A stretch of DNA of 55,155 bases from Neophaeotheca triangularis (taxonomy: Eukaryota), in the NCBI GenBank assembly GCA_054600435.1, contig BAAIJX010000046.1:124001-179155 (forward strand), in the 5' to 3' direction. A model generated the notes under the pieces. That model did not search any database. It was not told the origin of the DNA and saw only the letters and a program-made list of their open reading frames with translations. Each line of letters opens with the position of its first letter. Positions within the stretch are counted from its first letter, which is position 1. This document shows, one piece after another, positions 12,867 through 23,943 of the stretch. Position numbers and translations under genes: made by a program.

Positions 12867-13502
12867 ATGTCCTCCGGCACCAGCAGCAATGGCGACTCTA
12901 CAGCAAAGGCCGCCGCTGCCATCCTCAATGCCAGCCGTCAAGCAACCTTTTTCGCCACCGGCACCCTAGCAGGCCTCAGCGGCACCACAGCCCTCCAACT
13001 AATAACCAACCTCCCATCAATCCAGCACTTCAAACCCCTCCTAACATCCCCCGCGCTCCCGAAAGCCGGCCTTCGCTTCTGGACCTTTGACCTCGTGCGC
13101 CGCCACACCCCCTCGAGCACGCCAACAACGCTCAAAAGCGCTCTCGGCGGCGCCGCGGGCGGTTTCCTGGAAGAATGCGCTCACGCCCTGGCCAGCAGAC
13201 GCGCTCCCGTGCCGCTGACAGTGGTGTCTCAGACGCTGAGGCTGTTCTTATGTTTCGGGACGTACACGTACCTGAGCACGACGCTTTCGCCGGAGCGCTT
13301 GCCGCCGAGGCCTTTTTGGTGGTGTTGGGGGATGGGTGCTGTGGCGGGCGCGGTTGGGAATACGGTGGCGAGTGGTTTGGTGGAGGGGGTGAGGGGGAGG
13401 CGGTTGTGGCTGGCAGCGCCCAAGGGGGCGGTGTTGATTGGGACTGTCATTGCTGTGCAAGTTACTACCTGTGCGGCGGTTTTGGAGCGGGTTGAGAGGT
13501 GA
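12867..13502 (+). CDS. Hypothetical membrane protein resembling a degenerate mitochondrial carrier (approx. 211 aa)
   Basis: Intronless ORF with carrier-like helices (PKAGLRFWTFD, LGGAAGGFLE, LCFGTYTYL, MGAVAGAVG) but no intact PX[D/E]XX[K/R] motifs. Confidence 0.6.
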   Translation: MSSGTSSNGDSTAKAAAAILNASRQATFFATGTLAGLSGTTALQLITNLPSIQHFKPLLTSPALPKAGLRFWTFDLVRRHTPSSTPTTLKSALGGAAGGFLEECAHALASRRAPVPLTVVSQTLRLFLCFGTYTYLSTTLSPERLPPRPFWWCWGMGAVAGAVGNTVASGLVEGVRGRRLWLAAPKGAVLIGTVIAVQVTTCAAVLERVER

Positions 13503-16500
13503 GGGGTGGGTGTTTGGTGGCCGCTAATTGATGATGTGGACTTGCTCGGAGCTCGCGCTCGATGGGCTTGTGTGAGCCGCCACGGTGGCATTGGGTCTAC
13601 CAGCTATACAGGTTTGGATTTTAGGAATCACCGGGTGATATAACGGAAGACGGAAGCTATTTCTTGAGAAGTGCTGATTTGCGAGACGCGCTCAGATCGT
13701 TCTTGCTGCAGGGCAAGGTGCAAGGTGCACGACAGTCGATCTTCAGCTACATACGTCCGCGGCGCCACAACGCTCTGAGTTCCTGGAGTCTGGAGAATCA
13801 CAGGTACCTCTGGAGTTCCGCGGAAGGGCAACGAGGGGACACGAGATGCATCTCGCATTAGCAGTGCGTCAATCTGCTCCGCGTTCTTCACGTGTGCAAC
13901 CCATCCGTGCGGTGGTGTGGAATCTGCACTCCGCATGTGGCGCAGAAAGACGGAGGACGAGAGTGGACGTCATTCTCTATGATCTTAATGAGCGTTTTCA
14001 AGCTTGACGAGGGGACTTTTGGATGGGAAGTCGTTGATGACGGACGTTGAGCGTTCTCACTTCGAAACGGTTTTATGGGACTTTGCTCTTCTGCTGCTGA
14101 AGAAGCGAGTGATGTCTAGATTGTGGGCTGAAGTGTTGGTAGGCAGCCACTGCATTAGCACTCTCACGATTAGTTATGGGCTATTTCTGTCCACGTCAAG
14201 ATGATGCCAAAATCGACTGCATCTACACTCTACGCTATTGGCTTTGTTGTGGCACCAGTCGGAAAGCAATATTGAAGGCGAGTCGGGCTCCAGAGCGAAA
14301 ATCGATTGATCGACAATTGAAAGTATCTTTAAATTTAAGGTTGTCTCGACGCTTCTCCAATTAGTATTACCTTGAGATCTAGGTCATGTTCTTGCTCTCT
14401 GCCAACGTCTGTTCCAAATGTCTCTATGTGGTGGAGAATGATCGTCGCCGGTTGGCGTCATCGAGCGACTGTTGATCATGGGACGGACAAGTACTGAGGG
14501 GAGGGAAACCTCGCTGTCGCCTCTCCACCTCGCCATTGCATGTTTGTCATCTTCGGCACTCGAAAGTTTGCAACAGCTAACCTTTTACTCTGCCGTCTTT
14601 CGACCACCAGGCCCTCCAAGAAGCTAGTAAACTCTTTCTGAATTACCTTCGACCGCGCAAAAGACTATTCGCTATCGCTGCCGTTTGCCGAGACTGTCAA
14701 GCACCGAGAGTTTTCAAACGCTCGCCAAGGTCTTCAGGATTTGGACTTTATGATGCAGATAGTCTAGACTTTTGAAATCTTGGTGTCCGAGTACTCTTGA
14801 TTTGCCTTGAGAGGGACGAGGGGCGGATGCTATAGTATCGCAGATGCGGGCGAGTTGTGGCGTTCGCCTGGGGAATCGCTCTTTGGGTTTCAAGGGAACT
14901 GAAATAGCTTCCGTCCGTGAAATAATAGCCGTTTCATACTGCTGGTCCGCAGTCTGATGGGCTCCATTATTGTAGTTTCCATCTTGCGGACCCAGACTTG
15001 GTAGATGGTCGTGGCTCGGTTACAAATCGAAGCCATTCTATGTAGTAAAACATCGCGTGCATGTCTCGCTCCACGAGTTGTACCAGATCAACATCAATGT
15101 TTGAGAAAGGATTCTCGAAATCTTTGTGAACAGGCTGCTGGCGTTGTTCCACCTATGCCGGCAAAACACTGGCGTCCCACAAGCAAGAGAAAGCCGTGAG
15201 AAGCCATGCGGATGGAAGCTACAGTAATAATATGCTCGGGCGCAAAATATTTCCACTACTGTCTGGGTCGTAACTCTCGCAATAATACTTGCCTGCCATG
15301 CTGTCCAAGCCATGGGCATGCATGGCGCTCCACTCATCGGACTCTGTGGGCCGACGCATTCCTCGAACTTGTCAGAAAAGTCCAGGTAAGCGACGACGTC
15401 CTCACACGGAGTCGCTGGCCAGTATCAGAATAATGCTTCTTGCGAGTATGCAAATGTACATAGCGTTGCCTCTTGGCTGTTTCGAATCGGAGAGGGTGTC
15501 AAGGTGTCTGGGGTTTGGTCGCTTCGCCGTACCTCGTAATAAAGCAGCAATCAAGGTACCTCTACTGCTGTAGGTAGGGCGACACACACAAGAGGTACGT
15601 CGGTACCTCCGAACGTTCAACAGACCAAGTCGCCTTGGCGAGCCTGGTAGGCTAAATTAGGCCTTAAGTCATTCCCGCTCTAAGCATAAAATTCTAACGT
15701 CTGATCAGCCATGCGGTAAGCGAGTGGGGAGGCCTCGGCGCCGGATACCCGTGCCCCGTCATCCCGCAGGACTGTGGCAGATGTTCCATGAATGATAGCA
15801 ACAGGAAGTCGATCGGCAGAGAACATAGAAGTCGGTCCCCTACGCAAGCGCGGCATCGACCTTGGCGAGCAATAACCCCTCTCAAGGTCACACTTGCTCT
15901 TGACCGGTCGGATGCGATGGTAGCCGATTATTATGAAGGTACATCCCTTCCCCTGCTTTACACGAGACAACCCAGCTGATTGGGCATCGATTTCGAGGCG
16001 GTAGAAGCCCTTTAAAAAAATCGCGGAGTAGTGATGCAGGGGTTGTAGGTTGAGATTGTTTTCACAGCCACATTATCGCGGGCATTGAATTTGGAGAAGC
16101 ATTGAGGGCCACCGTCGAGCCACCGTTCCACATTCCTGGGACGTGGGGCCGGAAGACCAAGCATTTCCTTCGAAATATTCTTCGAGAAGAAAGCGGGCCG
16201 AGGTCGTTGAGGCTGTCGTGACATCCGTTCCATTTTCAACGTCAATGAAAGCCTTCGCCGGCGTGGTCAGGCATAAGGGCGTGTACGAGACTGATACATA
16301 TATATATTAGGTGGTTTACATATCATTCACACATACCGCTTAGGCGGTAGGAGTGTTTGACACCGGGGAGGGCATTACTTGAGACGCGAGAGAATGTCTG
16401 ACTTCAAACGATAAGATAGGCGCCGTACCCCAGTTCTTGTGGCGTCTGCCAAGTGTATAAAATTCTGCCCTAGCAGCAACTTAGTAGGCTTACGGAATTT

Positions 16501-18004
16501 CGGGGTCACGGCGAGGAGAATAATAATGGAAGAATAATTAACAACGACAACGCTTGAAGTTGCGGCACGCCAGGTCCGTAGATAGTAGCACACACCGAGT
16601 CCCGCCTTAATGATTCCAAAAACTTCTCACTCTAGTGCCTAGCCACAGCCAAGGGTACAGGGCGGAGTGTGCTTCCCCTCGTTTGCGGGCTGTGGCTTCG
16701 TTGCCGAGAGTTCGTAGCGAGGCATGCTTGGCACCCGCAAACGGTTGGTGCTACCCGGTCGCAGATCAAGGGATTTTCGCGCATGTTGTGCTCCTGATTA
16801 TTGATCCAACCTCGCCAGCATCATCGCATTTTCTGCCAGTCGGGTGTGCTGGGGGACATGTCGCTTTGTTACGGTCCATAATTAACGGGTGTCGGCACAC
16901 TGTCTTTGTTGTGCACATGGCTCCTTCGCAGATGACCGATGCAGCTTCCGGCTACTGTTTTGTCCGAAGGATGTCATTCCGGGGTTCACGCCGGCCACGG
17001 AGCAAGGTGCGGGTTCTTCAAAGTCCATCATGTGAAGGTGACTTCGGCATCTTTGGCGCTACAGAAGTCACTTTGGCTCGCGGGGGCTCGGCGTGAGCGG
17101 TGAATTGAGCATGGAACATGTGCGCAACTCAATGTCGTGGTTGTCGTGGTCAGCATGCTGTCCTCCGTATACAATGATAATGGTACATGCCTGTGTCCAG
17201 GAGAGGTAGCTTGAAGACACGAGACCGGGGTACCATGCGAGCGCCAAGCTTTTTGGTTTCCAAATGCAGGGCAAACCAACGCACAGGTTAAGCGGCCAGG
17301 GGAAGGCTACCTAAGGTACAACAGATGCGCCTTACCCCACCCTCTTGGTGTGCGGTAGCCGAGAAGCGAGAGGGTGCGGTGATATCTGGCGCCAAGCAGT
17401 GTGGGCAAGCCACGAGACGGAGTAGACTTAAGCTTCCATGATCCACTGAGGCCACAAAGTGAAAATGGTATGCTTGAGGAGCCAAGCTGTTCCAAGCCTA
17501 CCATAATCAGCCGGTGGCCAATCATGGGCTGCCGGCTTGCCGTCGCTGCCGCAGCCCTGGGTACAGGGGCCACCAGGCATGCAGGATCCGCCGTCTAGAA
17601 TATCCATAATCCACTCGTTAGAATGACTCTGCCAAGCTTTCATATATCGTCGCCAAGCCTCTACTTCGCCCTCGACGAGCATACTTTTTTGGCCATGCCC
17701 CGAGAGAGCCCTCGCGGGGCCTTGTGCCGCTTGGCGGCGACTCAAGTCGCGGCGGTTTAAGCTCAAGGCGTTGTTATGAACGGGTGCGTCTGCCTTCGAC
17801 TAGGTTAAGTTAACAGATAGGCTTGCTGCTTTCCCAGATGCCCTTCATTAACCTTTTGACCCTTCCGACCTGTACTTGACCCTTACCACTCTCTCTCCTC
17901 TTGCTTGCTCGGGAGTTGTCTGACCAGAGGTCCTAGCCTCCCTCGCCGCTCACAGTCAGATTTACACGACGAGTGGTGTTGCACGCACTCGTCTATCGAC
18001 CAAC

Positions 18005-20375
18005 ATGCCTCCACGACCTTTGCGACCCAAGGATGAGCCCAACACGTCTGACGGCGCGGAGACGGCTCCGGAGCCGAAGCTCAGCAAGAGAAGAGCAGTA
18101 TCTTCAGCTTGCATTCCATGCCGGAAGCGCAAATCAAAGGTATGTTGACGATTCTCAATAAAGCTAAGCCATTGGAATGCAAGGTCAATTAACCAACTAT
18201 ATTCAGTGCGACGGCGCAGTACCCTCTTGTTCCACTTGTACTGCCGTCTATCGAACAGAATGCAGCTACGACGCCGATAGCGACCACAGGAGAAAAGGCG
18301 CGCTTAAACGTGACATCCAGAGTCTGCAACAAGCAAACGATGCTTTGGATGTGATCGTCGCCTCACTCCGAGGATTGCCGGAATCCGAGTCCATTTCATT
18401 GCTTCACAGTTTGCGTTCAGATGCCAATCCAGAAACTATCGCCGACTCCTTAAGGAGCAACGTTCGACTCCCGCACAGCTTCGCGGCGCAGACACTCGAG
18501 GCCGACTTCACCAGACAAAACAACCACCCTGCAGTCACAAGCCCCGAATACGATGCTGCGCCGCTATCGTCATCACTATCCCGAGAAATTTCAATCGAGG
18601 ATGGCTATGTTTCTAGCAATGGGCAGCAATCAGAGGAGGGCACCGCGACTTGGTTTCGAGTGCCCCAGGATGCAGAGTTCATCGAGCACTTACTCAACCT
18701 CTATTTCTGCTGGGTCCACCCGTTTTATCATTTCTTCTCCAGGGACCACTTCTTACGGGACATGGGGCGAGGCCGTACCGAGTTCTGCAGCGCAATGCTA
18801 GTCAACGCTCTTTTGGCCGTAGCCTGTACTTATTCCGACCGCCCGCTTGCTCGATCAGAACCTTCGAGGTCAGAAACCGCCGGCGAGAACTTCTTCGCTG
18901 AAGCCAAACGGTTGTGCGACAGCATCGAGAAGCCATCCTTGACGACTATCCAGGCGCTAGCATTGATGAGCATTCGCGAGTCTTCGCAGGGCCGGGACAG
19001 TAACGGATATCGCTATGCAGGACGATGCGTGCGAATGGCGTTGGAGCTTGGCCTGCATCTCTCGGTCTTAGGCAGTGGACTTCGCCCGGCAGAGGTGGAG
19101 GTTCGCAAAATCACCTTCTGGGGCGTGTTCAATCTTGAGACCAACATCACTATCGGAGTTGGGAGATTGTCTCAGCTCCCACGTACGGCCGCGGACATTG
19201 AGAGGCCCACAATCAACGACCGAGCAGACACTCAGGCGTGGCGGCCTTATGAGGATATGAACCTTTCGCTGAGTCCCAGCGCTGAACAGCCACTTCGTCC
19301 GAACTTGTTCACAGACCAGCTTTGCAAACTGTCAGAACTTGCTAGCGACATGGTCAACACATTCTACGCGCCTCATGAAAGGTTCACGAGCCGGCGACTA
19401 GCAGCGACATATGCACAGTACCAGGAATGGTACCGCGACCTGCCCGATTGCTTCAGACTCGAAAACACTTCGCTACCCCACGTGCTCATCCTGCACATGT
19501 ACTACCACGCCTGCGTACTTCACCTTTTCAGGCCTTATATCAAACTCGACCTCCGCGGAGCCAACCTGTTCCCTCGAGACACCTGCACCTACTGCGCCAA
19601 TGAGATTTCCAGCTTGATGAATGCTCTGCGGGCCATGTATGGGCTACGCCGTGTGTGTTTAGCTGTCACTGGCATGCTTTTGTCTGCGAGCACCATCCAT
19701 CTGCTCAATCTTCCGTCCGAACCGGCTGTCTCCTATCTCAGCCAGGCTCTCCGTAAGTTCAAGTTTTCCTAGAATGGCTCAAGGATGTCTACTAAACCTA
19801 TCATAGACGATTTCAAGTCAATGTCGATAAACCACCAGTTCGCCGCCCGTTGCGTCGAGATTGTTCAGTCGCTTGCCAGCAAATGGAACATTTCGCTACC
19901 AGCAGGAGCCGCAGCAGTATCTGTCTTCCGCAATCCTGGCCGGGCCGGCTGGCCCTCTCCCTCACAGACTTTCTATGCACCATCGATTCCTCGCGCCAAT
20001 TCGTCTGCTGGAAGTGGCCAAGGGAAACGTTCGAGCGAGTCCATGCCCAGCAACAGAGAGGCGCCATTTCCTCCACCAAATCAACCACCTCAGGCATCTT
20101 CGTTGCCGTACCAAGAAACAGCAACGACTGTTGATGGTCACCACTCTCAGCCGGCCTTCTGGACGCCATTCCCACTTCAAGGCATGCCGTTCCGACCTGA
20201 AGATTTCCCTGGCTCTCCAATGGACTTTTCGCAAATGAACGCGATGCACTCGATGAATTCTTTTGATGGCCAAGCGACGCACTCAACTAGCTTTCACCAA
20301 CAAACCCCCACGGTGCCATCTTCACGCATGGACGAGAACATGGGTGGTACTTTTGACAATTGGAACTGGCATTAG
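18005..20375 (+). CDS. Zn2Cys6 binuclear-cluster transcription factor with Fungal_trans domain (NirA-like). Introns 18140-18206 and 19753-19806
   Basis: Splicing reconstitutes ACIPCRKRKSKCDGAVPSCSTCTAVYRTEC. Middle homology region HLLNLYFCWVHP, TIQALALM, MALELGLH, RKITFWG. Confidence 0.92.
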
Positions 20376-21106
20376 CATGAGCTAGGCCAACACAAGAAGT
20401 ATCAACTCACGAAATGGAGAGATGATGCCAAAGGCGTTTAATGAGCTGGAAGAGACATGAGAAACGTGCAATGACCGAAAAAGAGAACACGATCATCCCC
20501 CGTCTCACAGCTCGGAGTTTATTGCATGGGAGGAGATACCACTCGCAGAGAATGCGTTTCTTGTTTATGTTTTTGATCTTGGGTTGCTACTGTTAGCGTT
20601 GGCGCAAGACGCATCGGCTGAAAAGGGGCAGTACGAGGCGCAGGCGCTTCGTAGGATTTTGTGGGTTTCGTTGCTCTAGGTGACTGTGCTTAATACGTGA
20701 GAGCACTTCAGATAGCAACTGTTCATCTGTTCATTTGTCTGTTCATCATATCTTGTGATACCTCAGCATGTCGTTTAAAGAAGCGTTCAAGACAACCGGA
20801 AGTTCCGCCGGGAGATGCCACGCTTTGTCAGCCACCGTTCCCTCTCCCGAGGTCGCTGTCAAATCTGCTCCGGCAGAGCAAAACAATGCAACTGGTACTG
20901 CTGCGTATCTTCGCTGACAATACACGTTCCCATAATCATTCCGGCAGGACCAATAGATATATAAAGGCAGGCTTCCTTTCGCGCGCCCTTCCTTGGACCG
21001 CTAGACAAATCGCTTCATCGTCGACGTCATTCCAAGGAGCTTACCAGTCCTTGGAGAGCTAGCTTCATACCCTTTCGAGCGCGCGAGTTGTCGCCTTCGA
21101 TTCGAG

Positions 21107-21114
21107 TATATATA
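21107..21114 (+). promoter_or_regulatory. TATA-like box upstream of glutathione reductase (second candidate TATATAAA near 20959-20966)
   Basis: TATATATA about 150 nt upstream of the AUG. Confidence 0.4.
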
Positions 21115-21265
21115 CGACCGCCACTCCCCCCGTCAATCCGACAAGCTGTCTTCACACGCCACCTTCCGACTCTTTACGACCGCCTCCGCCAGGCCAACGC
21201 TCAGGACGGCTACCCAACAGCGCATAAACAGCTTTGCTCGCCACTTCTCCCATACCACCGCCGTG

Positions 21266-22663
21266 ATGGCTCCTATCCAGAAAGAATGCGATTACCTAGT
21301 CATTGGCGGAGGCTCTGGCGGTCTAGCGAGTGCGAGGCGAGCTAGCGGTCTCTATGGCGCCAAAGCTATTGCCATCGAGGTGGGCAGGCTTGGAGGGACC
21401 TGTGTGAACGTGGGCTGTGTCCCGAAGAAAGTCACATGGAACGCCGCGGCCATTGCCGAAACCATCAAAGAGGCAAAAGCGTACGGATTCAGCGTCGAGA
21501 CCACGGCGCCGTTCGACTGGACGACCTTTAGCCAGAAGCGGGAGGCTTATGTTAGACGCCTGAATGGCATCTATGAGAAGAACTTGAACAATGATAAGGT
21601 GGAGTGGCTTCATGGGCAGGCGAGCTTCACGAACCCGCATACAGTCAAGGTGACTATGGATGATAAGAGCGAGGTCGATATCAAGGCGAAGAAGATTTTG
21701 GTCGCCGTTGGTGGTCACCCGAACCTGCCACCGGTCGAGGGTGCCGAGCATGGTATCACCTCTGACGGCTTCTTTGAGCTCCAGACGCAGCCGAAGAAGG
21801 TCGCCGTGGTAGGCGCGGGCTACATCGCCATTGAGATGGCGGGTATGTTCAACGCTCTGGGCACGGAAACGCACCTCTTCATCCGTCACGACAAGTTCTT
21901 GCGAACTTTCGACCCCATGATTCAGGACAAGGTGATGGCCGAATACGAGCGCCAGGGCATGCACATGCACAAAAACTCCTCGCAATCAAAGCTCGAAGCC
22001 CTGCCAAATGGCAAGAAGAAGCTCTACTATAAGGACGCCGACGGCGAATCGAGCATGGAAGTCGACACCGTCCTCTGGGCCATTGGCCGCGCACCGGAAA
22101 TCGAGAAGCTGAATCTCGAGGCCTCCGGCGTCAAGACCAACGACAAGGGCCACATTCCCGTTGACGACTACCAAAACACAAACGTCGACCACATCTACGC
22201 TCTTGGCGACGTCTGCGACAAGGGCTACGAGCTGACCCCCGTCGCCATCGCCGCTTCCCGCAAACTCGCCGACCGCGTCTTTGGCGGCCAAAAAGACGCC
22301 CACCTCGTCTACGAGAACATCCCGTCGGTCGTCTTCGCGCACCCCGAAGTGGGCAGCGTGGGCATGACGGAACCCGAGGCGCGCGAAAAGCACGGCGACG
22401 CCAACGTGCGCGTCTACAATACTAGCTTCACCGCCATGTACTACAGCATGATGGAGCCAGAGGACAAGGCGCCTAGCTCGTACAAGCTCATCTGCGTCGG
22501 TAAGGAGGAGAAGGTGGTTGGTTTGCACATTTTGGGCGCAGGCAGCGCGGAGATGTTGCAAGGATTTGGTGTCGCTATTAAGATGGGTGCGACCAAGGCT
22601 GATTTCGACCGTTGTGTTGCTATACATCCTACTAGTGCCGAGGAGCTGGTGACGCTGAAGTAG
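21266..22663 (+). CDS. GLR1: Glutathione-disulfide reductase (AUG-initiated form)
   Basis: GGGSGG FAD-binding motif, redox-active [24 protein letters not shown] motif, LTPVAIAA, C-terminal [13 protein letters not shown]. Intronless. Confidence 0.97.
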   Translation: MAPIQKECDYLVIGGGSGGLASARRASGLYGAKAIAIEVGRLGGTCVNVGCVPKKVTWNAAAIAETIKEAKAYGFSVETTAPFDWTTFSQKREAYVRRLNGIYEKNLNNDKVEWLHGQASFTNPHTVKVTMDDKSEVDIKAKKILVAVGGHPNLPPVEGAEHGITSDGFFELQTQPKKVAVVGAGYIAIEMAGMFNALGTETHLFIRHDKFLRTFDPMIQDKVMAEYERQGMHMHKNSSQSKLEALPNGKKKLYYKDADGESSMEVDTVLWAIGRAPEIEKLNLEASGVKTNDKGHIPVDDYQNTNVDHIYALGDVCDKGYELTPVAIAASRKLADRVFGGQKDAHLVYENIPSVVFAHPEVGSVGMTEPEAREKHGDANVRVYNTSFTAMYYSMMEPEDKAPSSYKLICVGKEEKVVGLHILGAGSAEMLQGFGVAIKMGATKADFDRCVAIHPTSAEELVTLK

Positions 22664-23943
22664 GGTAGGCTGTAGCTTCTGAACATACTGAACATATTGC
22701 TCTCTGATGTCTGGCTCTTCTTTCAAGCGAACACCGTGAGTAGGAGCCCAGCCAGATTGTTATGTCCCTTATTCCTCACCGAATTTTTGGTGTTTGCGTG
22801 CTACGTACTTGCTTCCGATGGGTTGGTCGCACTCCCCGGCTTTGCCATTAATAATCTCGAAAGACGCGAGCAGAAGCCTCCGAACGGCCCGGGACACCGT
22901 TGGTTATAGTGATTTTGTACCTAGGTAGTCTTTCCAACGTGTTGTCTGAGCGAGCTTGGCACGTAAGCTTGTGAATGTAGCGCGAGCTTGGAGAGACCTC
23001 ACTACATTCACCTGACAAAAACATAATAACCTCACAAGCAACGCTCGCCCGAGTCTCGCCCTTCCTTGAGTGCGCAAACAACTTTGGTGCTGGAATGATA
23101 ATACTGTAACGCCGCGTCTCGACAGTAATGACGAAACTGTCGCGATTGATCAGCAACACCGGGTGGCACCGAGAAGGCACCGCAAAAGTTCAGGCGGCTT
23201 CTGCAAAACTTTTGCGACGTTCGGGGACGTCCTGGGACAACGTCAGCTCATCGCATATCATTCGACCCGAGTATTCCGTCAGAGATCCGCGTCATCCGCA
23301 TCGTTTGCACAAGACACGAGTCTCAAATAATATTAATGCCATCAAGCGATTATGGCAAAGCTCTAATCCACTAGAGCCCAATCAGCGTCGGCGTAGTGGA
23401 GCTTTGATTACCATTAAGCCTTCACTGTTGTTGGCTAACTTTTGCTTGTGATAGCCATCTACTCTGCTCTGCGCTATCTCCATCACAATGCAAAGAGGAT
23501 ATTCCAACAATTCCATGCTTATGCAACACCGGCTTTCGACCCATGACGAAATGACGTTGCGGTGTCAATTTCTTCCAAAAAGCCCTCGCCGCCGCCATGG
23601 CCATTGGCGGCGATGATATTGGCCCTGCAGCTTTCTTGCTTCCGTTTCTTTCTGCCGGTCTGTGGTCGGCATGCGGTCCTGGTCCGCTCCGATCCACGAT
23701 ACCACAGGATATGACGAAGAAGTGGGCTCACGGTGTAAACAAACGTTTCGTATATGATTATGAGGTAAGAACGTCTGAGCCCTCGAGCTTTCTCCAAATT
23801 TTGCTCCCTCCTCTGTCGCGGAGGCTATTGCGGAGTTCTTTCTTCATTCTCCTTCTTCTCAATTTTCTTCTTTCTTCTTTTGTGCTCTCTTCGGAACGCG
23901 ACAGTCATCCTGCCTTACTACACCACCTTCATAACGGGCGATC

